Source of the DNA: Takakia lepidozioides
Lineage: Eukaryota; Plantae; Bryophyta
Length of the DNA stretch: 64,000 nt
Direction of reading: 5' to 3'
NCBI GenBank assembly: GCA_030704615.1
Contig: CM060734.1
Span: 41,416,001 to 41,480,000, forward strand
In this document: positions 36,550 to 49,300 of the stretch, piece after piece
How the letters are laid out: each line of letters starts with the position of its first letter
How positions within the stretch are numbered: the stretch's first letter is position 1
The notes under the pieces: generated by a model
What the model was told of the DNA's origin: nothing
Database searches by the model: none
What the model saw: the letters and a program-made list of their open reading frames with translations, nothing else
Position numbers and translations under genes: made by a program

Positions 36550-36760
36550 CCGTGACTCCGATCAAAACCACAACAGACCAATGTATTTCGACATTACCCA
36601 CTCAATATCAAGATTTCAAGGATGTCTTCGAGAAGAAAAATGTAGACATGGTGCCAGAACATCGACCTTATGATTGTGCAATTGAGTTGCAAAAAAGAGC
36701 TCAACCACCATTCGGCCCGATCTACAATTTATCTCAGACGGAGCTGGCTGCTTTACGCAT
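36550..36760 (+). mobile_element. Tcn1-like pre-RT linker fragment, displaced
   Basis: LPTQYQDFKDVFEKKNVDMVPEHRPYDCAIEL..PPFGPIYNLSQTELAALR. Confidence 0.85.
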
Positions 36761-38872
36761 TCCATTTGTTTTTGCCGCATTGAATTTCAAAACATAGAAT
36801 ATATAAGACAATGTTAGGAAAAAAATATATATTCAATTTTGTCCATGCCCAATGACACAAATAATTTCGAACCTTTTTTCTTTTAAAATATCTTTTTTAT
36901 GGATTGCCCATCGGATAATGAATCTGTGGGTAGCATTGGACACATTGACATCTTGTCTCTTGTAAAGCCCAGAGTGTGCCATAATTTGTAATGTGAGTGT
37001 GAGTTTGGAAAGGCACATAGGACGTCCATGGTGACATTGTTAGAACTCAAATTGTTCCACATGCCATTCTAATCAAATGCTAACAACATTGAAAAGGTGA
37101 GATGGAGGTCAAAGGTCGAGATGGAGGATGAAGATCGAAGTCAAGGACGAGTTCAAGGTCAAAATAGATGTCAAGCTCGAGTTTGATTTTCGATTGTTGT
37201 TTTAATATATGTTTTTACTACATATATGCTTCAACATGCCCGTTATATATTCATATATTTCAGCAAAAGTCATAATAGCTAGGAATAACAATGGTGAACA
37301 CAATGTAGACACCAATTCATTTCTTAAATAGACCAATCAATCTTTGTGGTTTTTTTTGTTATATGTAAGCTGTATTTGGTGGCAATGAAGTATGGAATTC
37401 AACATTTAATGACAAATTTCTCCTTTGGACCATAACTTACTCATGATGCAACTTGAACTTGTATTTGTGCAAGAAACTTATTATTTTGATATATAGGGGA
37501 TAAGCAATGTGTACTTTTGCACCACGCAGATAAAACTAATTACATCTCACATCCACCAATTGGAATGGTTGTCTATATAAATTTACACGTAACAATCACT
37601 ACATGAGAGATGATTAGATGAACTGAAATATCTACATAGCTTGTGAAACCAAAGAAATACAAATATAACCATGATATATCTTATTGACACGCAAAAGTAT
37701 AAATCTACTACATGGATTGTAATATGAGTTGTATAGCAACACGACTTTATACTTCATGATCAGTTGTGATAGTACGTACGTGTTTTTGTAGGTCTACGCG
37801 GTCTTGGATTGTATACGTCTCTCTGCGGTCCCCTCGTCAATGATAGGAAGCCTCTCAAGGGTACGTGCCGTCGGGGCCACGGATGAAGTCTGCAATCACA
37901 ATAGGTTGGGTGAGGTCATTTGCCAATCTTCGCAACTCATGTAGAAAGGAAGAGACGACGAAAAGAAGGTGTTTCTGCCATGTCATATCATGCTATTCTG
38001 ATCATGCACAATTATTGGAATGCTCCTAAGGTTGACGTGTATGTGACAATTTGCAACTTGTCATTGAATTGTTGACAAAATACACCGGTTTTTTGGCGCC
38101 TGATTTCGAAATTCGGTCTCAGCACAATGGTCTCACAGCACAACGGTCTCACCACAACGGTCATACGCCCGAAGGGACATGACAAAGACGCTTCTCCTTA
38201 TAATCTTCTTCTCTGCGATGCTCTTCTGTAAGATTTCTTTCGTTGTCGTCGTCCTCCTCGCGTGAGGCCAGGTTGCTTGCCATGGATCCCGCAAAGGGAC
38301 AATGTAGGATCTGCCTGCAACTAGTGGATCGAGGCAACCTCGATAACGGAGTGCGGAGGCAAGTCCTCGTTGCAAGGCAGACTTGTGTGTGGTAGGATAG
38401 TGCATGGTGTAAAGATTTATTGTGTGAGTTTGTCTGTTTAGCATAAAAATCAATGGAGCGCCACGCGTCCGTACATATGGATACCTGTCACCTTAAAAAT
38501 AACTAAGGTCCCGGCAACACCTGCTGGTTAGCTAACGGGTTTGGCTACCGCGCCTATTAGCTAGCAGGTTTAGCAAGAAATTAAAAATACTAAACGTAAC
38601 TAGAGGTTTTACTTTTTCCAGTCAGAGCAACTTTTTGTGTTGCCACCATTTTACTTAGTTTTAGTTTTGAGATATCTGTTTTGTGTAAAAGAGAGAAGAA
38701 AGCTAATTATGGATAATTTTAATCCTCCAACAACTTTAATCCTTGATCTTTTGCATTTTTAAGAGCGCTCTCACACACACAGTCTTGAATTTGGTAAGTT
38801 TGTTGTTGGGCGAGTCTCGAGTTGGATGTTCTCTGGAGTGAGGAGGTCGCGTCATTTTTGTTGATTTGCACA

Positions 38873-39556
38873 ATGTCATATGAATTGATGGAGCGATACC
38901 TGCCCATTCAAACTATGGGTGAGGGCACTTACGGTGTTGTTGTGAAAGCCATGGATAAAGAAACCAAAGACATTTTTGCCATTAAGATGTTGAAGGGTGT
39001 GAGGTTCATGAACTCATTGGTTGAGGCCATGAATTTGCTAGAGGTGAAGTCTCTTCACAGGTTGCAACACCCTAATATTGTGAAGCGACATCGAGTCCAT
39101 TTACAAAGAGAGATGGGTTGTTTGTTTCTTGTGTTTGAGCATATGGAAAACAATCTTTCGCAGGTGATGAAGAAGAGAACGCAACTCTTTTCTGAAGCAG
39201 AAGTACGAAGGTGGTGTTTCCAACTCCTACATGCACTGGCGTATATGCATCGGTGTGGGTATTCCCATAGAAATTTGAAACCGGCTTTGTTAGTCATCAA
39301 GGATATCATAAGGCCTTGGGGATGGCAAAAGAAGTTGGATCATGTGCACCCTGTACATATTATGTTTGCACTCGTTGGTATCGTGCACCGGAGCCCATGC
39401 TGTGCTGTCCGAGCTCGAGCTAGGGTGCTGCCATTGACATGTGGGCAATGGGAGTAATCATGGCACACTGTTCACTCTGAGACCACTGTTTCCGGGCACA
39501 AGTACATTATACCAGATTACCAAGATTTGTCGAGTACTTGGCACCCCCAACAAGAT
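38873..39556 (+). pseudogene. Truncated, frameshifted paralogue of the 3924-4976 kinase
   Basis: Closely collinear with the intact copy (MSYELMERYLPIQTMGEGTYG..). HRD has become HRN, the DFG region is deleted or frameshifted, and homology stops after GTPNK. Upstream sequence 38680-38870 also matches 3760-3923. Confidence 0.92.
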
Positions 39557-40237
39557 GCGAATTCTTTGGAAGACAAAATATCCCTTAAACAAAAGGGTTC
39601 AAACTTAAGTTCTGTTCCAATAGGTAGTTAGCAGTCCTGCCATTCATATATATATAAGCTGACAACCTCGTAAATATTTTTGTCCTTAATCTTCTCCAAC
39701 CGTCTGGCTTGTGGAATTGGACTACTGTTAGATGATGGGTACTGATTTGGCAAGATGCAGTGTTATTTTTGTACAACAATCTCATTTGTAGTGCACGGAT
39801 TGATCGGCTTGCTTCAAATCCTAGAGTCAGATATCGTGGAAAATGGCAGAATTATTTCTCAAACGTGTTTAGGTAGTATCTTTGTAGCCAAACACTTGTC
39901 ATATATAGTTGTCTGAGCAAGCAGATAAAATACTCCAAGAGGTTCTGAGTATGTCTTGGGAGGACATGATCTCACACTCGAGGAGGTAAAACTTAGTTTG
40001 ATGACACATAGTTGTGAGTTTGCATGTCAATGTCACTTTTATCATTGTTCATAGCGGGGTACAAGCCGCATTTTCCTTCTCTGCAACTTGGCCTAGAGTA
40101 CTAAGTAAGTTGACGATGTTTTAGCTGAAGATCATTTACAACATTTTGCAATTCAACTTTTGGAATATGAAAAGCAATACGTTGTCGCAAATAGGACTGC
40201 ACAACAAATTTTTTATAATTATATTTATTTATTTACT

Positions 40238-40531
40238 TTAAATAAAACTTTCATAATCATTCAAAAAAATCAGTCCCAAATCGCATCCATCCCAATCTAA
40301 CGGAATATTCTTTTGTACAACATTGCGAGTAATTTTTCTGGGTGGACAATGATAAACTCTATCCCACCCACTTTTAAGAAGTTTTTGTCTAGGAGCATAT
40401 TTAGTTATGTAGCCCGAGTGTTCACCAATTTTATAACAATGTTCCATGTTGGTAATGTAATGTGCAACATATTCGACCAATTCATTTTTGCTTAGGTCTA
40501 GCTCAAATCTATCCATATCGAGGATTGACAT
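40238..40531 (-). mobile_element. Possible Ulp1-like (C48) protease remnant of a DNA transposon
   Basis: SILDMD..LVEYV and KNIPLDWDGCDLGLIF resemble the decayed SLDS and P-Q-x-x-x-x-DCG blocks. Confidence 0.3.
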
Positions 40532-41687
40532 ACCCGATTTGGTTTTTCATATTTAGGAAAACCATTTATAAAGATAACAAACATCCAAAGGACATTCCGT
40601 AAAGATACACAAAATAATATTCAATACATGGGGCTAACAAAAAGAGGGGAAGACAGTCGATGCGAGAAAAATAGAAACCCTCAACTTTTTGCTTTTATTT
40701 CAAGTAATCAATCAACGTGTCAACATTACATTGATCACGAACTGTACTAAAAAAGGGCATTTTGATTGATGATGCTTCAAGTAGATTCCTCTAGTAATAT
40801 ATCATGCTTACACATGGCAAACACAACATATTCGTCAGTTTTCAGCCATGGACCCTGTCAATATTTCATCCACCAAGATATAACAATAAACATGAATAAA
40901 TAAATGGTTCATGAACATTTCTTTCAATTCGCTTGCGGTTGTTTAAGATTTAGTTTCTTGACACTCTTGCCGACAAATATACTATTCTGCGTACGCTCTA
41001 ACATTTGTTGACAGCCGTTGTAGGCTGTTCATGTGGTGGTTTGCTACCTAGCTTCTTAAGTATGTTAGTTTTTTAAAAGGTTTGGTTCATGAGTTTTTTT
41101 CTAGTTTGTGCGTCGAGCTTAGTCAATGTTTAATGATCACGAGCTGAAGTCTTGGACTATTCAATTTCCGTGCAGAACTAATTTGTGATGGCCGAGGACC
41201 CAACAACGGTCAATGTCTCCGTTTATAATCTGGAGGGGCTTACAGATGTCGACCTCCGCACGAGAAAGGGCACTTGTTTCCGCATTTGCCCTTGTTTCCA
41301 CGTTTCTCCGACTGAACGTCTAGTCACCGAGGTTGTATGAGGAGCCGGCATTGGGGTGAAACTCGTTTCACCATTGCAGTGGGATGATGAGCACCCCCGG
41401 ATGAGTTTAAGGGATATAAATTATCATTAATACCATTGGAAAACTTGATACAATTTTATTAAATTTATTGGCTCCTTCCTAATGAGGAGACTACACATGA
41501 TCGTCAAAAAGATGTAAGTCAATGTTATAACTTCCCCAAATAAAACATGCATTGACTATACATCCTTTGGTAAAGTCTTTAATGAATTATCTAAATTACC
41601 GATTTTCGACTGATTATGAAGTATATCGAACTTCCATAACCGGTTCAAAAAACCACAAAGTTCTTTCAAAACTAGAATTGACTTTAA

Positions 41688-42504
41688 CCCTTAGGGACTA
41701 ACTCAGCCCCCAAAAAAATAACCTATGGCGAGTTAATTGAGGCTACACCCCTACCATATTAGATCCAAAAATTCGAACCTTATCATATTCACCTCACCTA
41801 CCATGTACACTAAGCAAATTGTGGAAAAATTCACCACACGACAACGAAGATTTTAGTATTAGACTTTAGGGGGGATCTCTTGTTTTTGGATTTTGTAAAG
41901 TATGAAACTTGAGCTTTTGAGTGACGGGATGCTTTTTCCTGCTCCTAATCCCACATAGAAATGTGGTATGGTATCCTAGCTAAGTGCTGTCAAACTTTCA
42001 ACCAAACATCCCTTTTTATTATTAGAGCCCTTCGTATGTGCTTATAGGGGGGTCAAACTGATCTCCATAGCTTAGCAATTCACGGTGAGCCAATTGCAAA
42101 AATTAACTCCTTTATAATTAGGTGTTTCACTCGATCCTCGTGTTGAGGGTGTGGAATACACTACAATAGTGAGTCTGGTAAAAATAAACTGTAAATCCAA
42201 TGGTAGAATTTGAAAATGTGGGCTCACAAGTACGCCCACAGTTGGGCCAATTATGACTTGCCACGTAGACAGTCAAGTCCACATGGCCCTTTTGCATGCT
42301 CCAATTTCATGACCCCCAGGTTTTCTAGAAAATCTGCAGGTCGGACGATTCATTAAAAATTTGTTGCTTTCAGTGTGAGAGGGTCACTGGACCATGCGGT
42401 CATAAAATAATTGGGATCATTAAAAAATATTAACATCTGCAAAAAATACATAGGAAAATCTACTTCCTAGAAACCTGAATCGGGTCTGGTGGGCCCCTTA
42501 AGGG
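41688..42504. mobile_element. piggyBac-like non-autonomous element (817 bp)
   Basis: TTAA (41684-41687) + CCCTTAGGGAC.. at the left end and ..GCCCCTTAAGGG + TTAA (42505-42508) at the right end. No ORF. Confidence 0.65.
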
Positions 42505-42596
42505 TTAACGGGGTTTTTAATGAAATTCAAAGAACGTAGGTTATTTAAATTCCTATTTTGTCAATTTAACTACCTCCAGAGGATCTAGTAAGGACT

Positions 42597-42617
42597 CCCT
42601 AAACCCTAAACCCTAAA
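42597..42617 (-). repeat. Interstitial plant telomere repeat (TTTAGGG)3
   Basis: ccctaaaccctaaaccctaaa on the plus strand. Confidence 0.8.
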
Positions 42618-42649
42618 CTCGGAAGGGCATTGCAAACTTATCAAGCACC

Positions 42650-42890
42650 AACAGTCGTAGTTGGTTACTGCACTAAGTGCCACCCAGGTGATTCTGGGGT
42701 CAAATCCTGCTTACTTGATGGGTGTGCTATGCTCTTCTCCCCCTTCCCTTGGCGGTGTCCCAGTTCTATGCCTTCATGGTGCGGTTAGTGTGAAAGAGGT
42801 TATTTTCTCCTCTCTCTATCAAGGGGCCTGATTTGTGAGCTGTCGCTCCCAGGTGTTTCCCTTTAAAAATTAAAAAAAATAAAATAAAAA
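42650..42890 (+). mobile_element. tRNA-derived SINE with 10-bp TSD
   Basis: A-box-like gtcgtagttgg, B-box-like gggtcaaatcc and an A-rich tail. The TSD atcaagcacc lies at 42640-42649 and 42891-42900. Confidence 0.82.
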
Positions 42891-43308
42891 ATCAAGCACC
42901 CTGCTACGACCTCCGGGCTGATTATGGAATCGCTCCTCGCTACTTCACTGCCTCTATACTCTTCGCTTCAATCCATGCTTTATGGTGTTTCTACCTGTAG
43001 GCACTGTGTGTGGCTAGGATTGTTGACGTTCTCTAGGCTCAGGAACAGGTGAAAGCGTGAAAGCTTGGCAGGGACTTAAACAACTTCATGTTCTTCACAA
43101 AGTATGAATGTTTCACACCGTCATTATTATCCTCAGCCTTCCGTGGCATTAGACCGATCATGAACATGAAGCCGAGTTACATATGTCTCTGCCTAGTGTC
43201 CGGGAATAGAGAATTCTGTAGGATATTTCGTGGTACTCATGTCGCTTATCACCATTTCAGCACCAAGAACAAGTTTAGCAATGCCATCTCAAGGGACGAT
43301 GAACTGTA

Positions 43309-46300
43309 TCATCCTGGGGGAGGTGGCACAGCTTTGCCCATATCCAAATTTATGATCCTGCAGGTTCCCAGGAGATGCTCAGGTAGTTCGTCATTGGTGT
43401 TTGCCTGTATCCACACAGAAATGACATAAGATTCATGTACATCTTTGACCATGGAACTTCCCTTTCTATTGTCAATCTTAGGACTGCACTAGCCAGATTT
43501 GGGTTACTATACTTGGTGAACTTCTAAACATGGTGTAAGTGGACCAGAAAAGCATACTAGGAACTGTATCCTTGGCACAACCTTTTCCACATCTTCTCCT
43601 TTCCCTGGAGGCCATGTCTGAGACATACTATTAGGTGTTCCATGATTGCAGGAGATACGACAGTGCCCCTGGCAATTTTCATCCACAAGAGAGATCAAAA
43701 TTATGCTTCAAGGAGACTCCTACACCCAGACACAGGCTTCCATGCCTCCACTACTTGTTAGAATGTACAGATTGGTCGATAATGGGAAGAACTCCGAATG
43801 TAAAGTCTTTTTACTGTCTGTAAAGGTAAATCTTCACCTGAATGAGGAAGGCCATTTCGATGATCAGCTTCTCAAGGTAACCAATCACCAGATTAACCAC
43901 ACCCTTGGCAACTGATGATGACCCAATGTCCACATCCAGCTGCATCCATAACCACACACGAACTTGTGCACTGTTACTAGCATTGCCACAGTGGAGGAAC
44001 CAGCATGAATGTGCTGTGTCTAGTACAAATCCGGGCCAAACTTTCAAGCAACATTCAAAGGTATAGTGTACATGTTGCTTAAAAGCTACAATTCTTACAT
44101 CAACCTGCAATAAGCTCAGCCTATTTACGACAGGGCCATTAATAATCAGAAATTGACAGAGGATCTTTTTCGGACTGTATCCTTGACTGAGAGAAGGGGG
44201 ACACAGCTGCAAAGGGGATGACAAAATTGGAGATCACCTCCAAGTAGTTGTCCCCACTGAAGTAGGTAATCTCCAACGCTTCCCCCACCAAGCAAGCTGT
44301 CTTTCCAACGCTTTGCTTCGCAATCCATGAGCCCTGCACTTTCCCCACCACCTCTATTCACTGTGTAGTTTTTGAGATGTGGTAAGATTGTCTTCGAACA
44401 ATGGACCGGGAGAATTCATTTTATCGATCAACCACAGAAAGGAACATTAGTGAGAATATCTTGTCCCATGGGAGATCCCCACTGCGAGTCTGTCCTTCCA
44501 GAATTGCAAGAGGAATGGCCACTTTCAATATTGTAGTCCTCGACTACTTTAGGACCGTGTTTGATGCAAAGAGTTCCCCCCCCCACCCACAACTATCATG
44601 AGCAAACAAGTTGGTACATATTGTGAGATGGGAAGTTGGTGTGCACAACCAGCTCTTCGCCGAGTGAAGACATTATCCCAAGAGTTTCCTCTTCATATGC
44701 TGAGCAATCTGAGTACATCATCAACCACGTTGTAAGGTGAACAAACCTTGGCAATGTTCGGAATGAGCTTAAAACGGGAATTTCGAAACCTATCATCCGC
44801 ATTCACAAAACTCTCCAAGAGTGGGACAGAGGAAATAGGTTCGCTGATCATGTAGTACAGTACTAGGGAGTACGATGTACTCCCGGGAACCTGCCATCAC
44901 AAGACATCATCATCACTTGACTAAGACAGTGGCACTAGAAATTTGTCATGCACATTGTAATCTGCTAAGCAACATCCGCAGGGACATGCTGGCAGCAGCT
45001 GCCAGAGCACAGACCTGTTGCTACAGTTCAATCATTGATTTACAGTTGCAACAATAATGGAACATGCAGTTTATTCTCAGAGCAACCTGGAATCTCTCAA
45101 GGAGTACTCTTTGGCTGCTGTTTCAGTAAGGACAAGGAGCTATGAAATTTTTCATGTTGAGAATCTATGACAGTCTACCCTACAAATATCCTAGACTTTT
45201 GCTCTAGTTTTATTTTGGTGGGCTTTGCTGGCAGCTTTAACTTGTCTATATGCTTATGCTCAGTTCCTAACACATACTCTATTGGCATTAACTTTGGTTT
45301 TTCAGCTGTGACATGGGTTACATCAGTATACCTGGAAGACCTTCAAAAGAATTAGCTTATATTTTTCAGTCTTTGGCATATATAGCCTTGAACTCTCAGA
45401 CCCTCGGACCCACATTTTGAAAGTGCCCTCTCTTCATCATTGATGGCCAGCTTACTCGCTCATGGATTAAAGAAACAGTAGTTTTCTGATATATTGAACA
45501 GTAAACCCATCAAGCGTCTATGAATTTCTCAGCTGACAAACAGTATAAACTTTCTTTGCAACTCACCTGAAGATTGATGATGAAGAAAAAAGGGTCCGCC
45601 ACTCCAGTAGCCCTCTTCTTCTATAATCATGTCAAACAAAATCACAGTCTTAACTTTATCAGCTGAATGATGACAATACATTTGATTCAATTGGAAAGAT
45701 GAAAGACATCTATTATGTCTGCCAAATGGCAAGGCTTTGGAAATAAATTTCAGTTCAAATCTTTAAAAATTCCTTTGGAAAACTCTTTACAAACGATCAA
45801 TTTAATGCATGTATCACTTCTTAACTTGAAACACAGGAGGGAAGGCCATATATGCTCGCAGTACCTCAAGACTCATTTTGATGCTTTGCCAAGAGAGAAT
45901 GTCACTAAGAAGAACAATTAAAGGTTCTATACAATCTCAAGTCTAGTCAAGGATGCTCAATCACCAAGAGGTACTGCAACAAGTTTGAGAAGTGTGAGAT
46001 TGAAGATGATGGAGCAGGTGTAGTACACCTGGTTGGCCAAAAGTGCTTTCATGGGGTTTGTTGAGCGAGCAGCAATGTGGTCCTCACATTTGTCTGACTT
46101 GAACCAGTCAGCTGCTACTAACTGCATGATTGGATCCTGGGCTTTAACCTGTGGAGACAACACAACCATGCTCCAGGTTTAAGTTTATCACCAGTATATA
46201 TCCTTGTTATAGCATTTATATGGGCAAATACACCTTGATCTAATCAAGGCAAGATTACTTGGAAGTAATCTTGGTCACATTGATCACAAGTCACTCTGCC

Positions 46301-49300
46301 ACTGTGACATAATGTTGCAAGATTACTTTCATTGTTTCAAAGTGGCAAGCTGTGGGGAATCAACTGCCACCATTCAGCAATGCCCACTCATCATAATTAT
46401 TGATGACTACTGTAACAATTCAGCCTCCACTTTTGCCTGTATCCTAATAAGGCTGATCAGCACACAATAACTCACCACTGCTCGAGTAGTGGCTGAGACA
46501 GATAATATGTCAAAAAGCTTACCTTTTTATGGTTTTCCAGGTACTGCTTGCCACGGATAAGGAAGGTACTGGCATCTGCCATGTTCCAACAGCTGCTCGA
46601 ATTAGGGCCCATGCCCTTCGGAAGCGACCCTTCTATATCGGACATCTTTAAGTCCTCTGTTGTGGACCGTGGGTGCTTTTGAGCTGTCATCACACAGAAA
46701 CGAAACCAAATTAGTCCTTTCTTCTTTGAATCTTAGCGTGCCATATCAGGTGACTTCTATTTCCCTCGTTTATTGGCAAAAGAGACAAGATGAGTGGAAG
46801 GTTTGCTGCAGAGCTACACCGTACCTGCAGCCGCCATGTCATGCAGACGCTTCACCAAGGACGCTGCTGCAGATACTCTTAAAGGGCCTCCAGTCTGCAA
46901 CTTGAAACAAGGATTTTCAGGTTTGAAGGTCAAAGAGGTGCTTCCATATAAATTAAGTGCGTGTGCAATGGTTGAGACTCGAATCAAAGTTCCGAGTTAT
47001 TTCCATTAGATCAAATTAAAACATCTTTTATGTGTTATGGGTGTTGTGTCAGAAGTAAACACCACCTTCCCCTCGACCTCCTCTTCATCAGAGATTTCCT
47101 CCAAGTCACTGTACTCCTGCGAAGCATTGAGAGGATCCAACTCTGCTCCTGACCCACGTCCCCATGAGGATTGCTCAGATGCATCATAGAATTCATCATC
47201 AGCTAATTGAAGGAACCTGCTGCGGCCATCTGTCACAGAATTGGACTCTAACAATGTTCCATCCCGAGGCAGTTCTGTCTCTGAGTAGCTGTCCTCCTTT
47301 CCTTCATGCAAGAGCTTCTCATCCACCTCCTTCACTTTGTGCAATTCTGAGACTGTGGTGGTCAGCTTACGGACATCTGACTTCACCTTGAACACCTCTC
47401 TGATTGCTGCAGGGGTGTGAAATGTTAGATGCACAGTTAACAAAGGAAAGGCCGCAGGTGAAATTTGTCAAACTATTGGGGTTGTGTGTTTGTGGGTCTT
47501 CAGCTCCCTTCCATTCAGAGGTGGGGATTTCGTGATGCTACTCCTACAATTAGTAGGAAATCATAGGAAAATGCAGATTTATGCCAATTAGCGACCAATT
47601 TGGGATCAATAAACACATAGAAGACAACCGTTGGTGATAATATGATGTCTCAGAAGCTACCTGCAATGCGCTCTAGCATATGGAGAGTGATCTTTTTGTC
47701 ACGAGATGGAGAAAAAAAGGTCTTCCAGTCTCTCCAGTCCACAGTGAGCATATGTTTCACAAGGGATCGTTCCAAGCAACCTTCATTAGGGTCGAGTGGT
47801 GATATCACATACCCTCCGCCTGCACAACATCCATGACGGTAGTTCCAAACATGAAAATTGCTGTATGGTTGGAAAATATTTACTCCAACTGTAATTATTA
47901 CATTTCCTGAGAATAAAAAGAGAGTTTTGCAGCTAATTTCCATGTCAAGTAAAAGTAGAACTTACTCTTCAGACAGGCCCGCACAAACTTCGGTCGTGTA
48001 GGACACTTCTCATGAGTCACCGAATGGTAGAGTAGGACTGCGCAATAGAGACAAGTCTTATCAGAGATCTCCTGCAACGTGATGGGAGGAAAAACTAGCG
48101 ACTGTAGACAAACATGGGAAAACCAATTTTTACATTCATACAATGAAAAAATTATCCAGGAAGATAAATAAGCATCATTATATCTGGGAAGGCATACTCC
48201 AAAGTACAGGGATGTTAGGTAGTTGTGTAAATGAATTGAGGGGGCCCGGGGTGATAGAAGTGCTAGACATACCATAAGAGCCATCAGCTTCCCGTCGCCA
48301 GTACCGATGCAGCAACAAATCCCTAGGCTTCATGCGCCTGCACTATTTCAAAGAAGACGAGATTTCATCATAATGTGTGAAGACTTGCATGTGGAGATCT
48401 TTATCACAAACATATTGTGATGACATGTTGGCCACTAGTCTTCCAACAGTTTTAGAATGGTACCAGCCTGAACCAGTGGCTACAAAAAATCTTCTTCCAA
48501 TCTGAAGCCCAATCATTGACCATTCAGAGAGAATTACTGAGTAGGGACTGTTTCAAATACTACCAAGGTAGCCAGTAATTATTGTACTGCTTGTGCACAA
48601 GGTCAGAATGGCCATCAATGTGCTCTATTACACGTCCCCGCAGAAAGCAGAAGTCCCACCTGCATGCAAGGCCGAAAAAACAACTAATGTTGTGATAAAC
48701 AGAATTTACAAAAAGCCGTGTCAAAGTCTCTTACTCAAAGTGAATGCGATAGTTCAAAACGCAACTATTTCTAGGGAACAAGCTCCTTGAGAACTAAACT
48801 ACTCATGGGAACAAAAGTTTCACACATAAGTTACTGAGGTGTAGAGCTTCAGAGTGTTAACGAGTAAAGAAAGAAACAAAGAAATAAAGAAAGAAAAAAA
48901 CTTCAAAAAATCCGCCAAGAGCCTGTGGGGCAGAACAAAGCAGATACAAGTATGAAAGTGCCAGGGCCGTCAGCCCAGAAACTATGGCAATGCAAGCTTA
49001 TGGGACAAAGACCCGAACAACCAGGCCTGACCACAACATGTAACTTCTATCCAGAGAAAGACAGAGAGATACTACATTCTCATTGGACGTTCCATACTGC
49101 TGTTTGCATGTCCTTGGAGACAGACCACATAGTCTCCTGGATCAATCATTCCAGACTGGATTGTGGGTTTCTACCCACCAGGGTGTGCATGGAAAATCAT
49201 CCAGAATAAGCATTGGATTATACTGCTGGTGGGTCTAGACATCATACTAAAAACAGTGTGGATTCCAACAGTGGCCAGCAGCCCCAGTTTGGCCACAGGT

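Noticed and set aside
37790-38283. Small divergent gene (MASNLASREEDDD..)
   Set aside because: The frame closes after about 40 codons and no homology was recognised.
42650-42715. tRNA gene
   Set aside because: No cloverleaf forms, and the A-tail and TSD mark it as a SINE.
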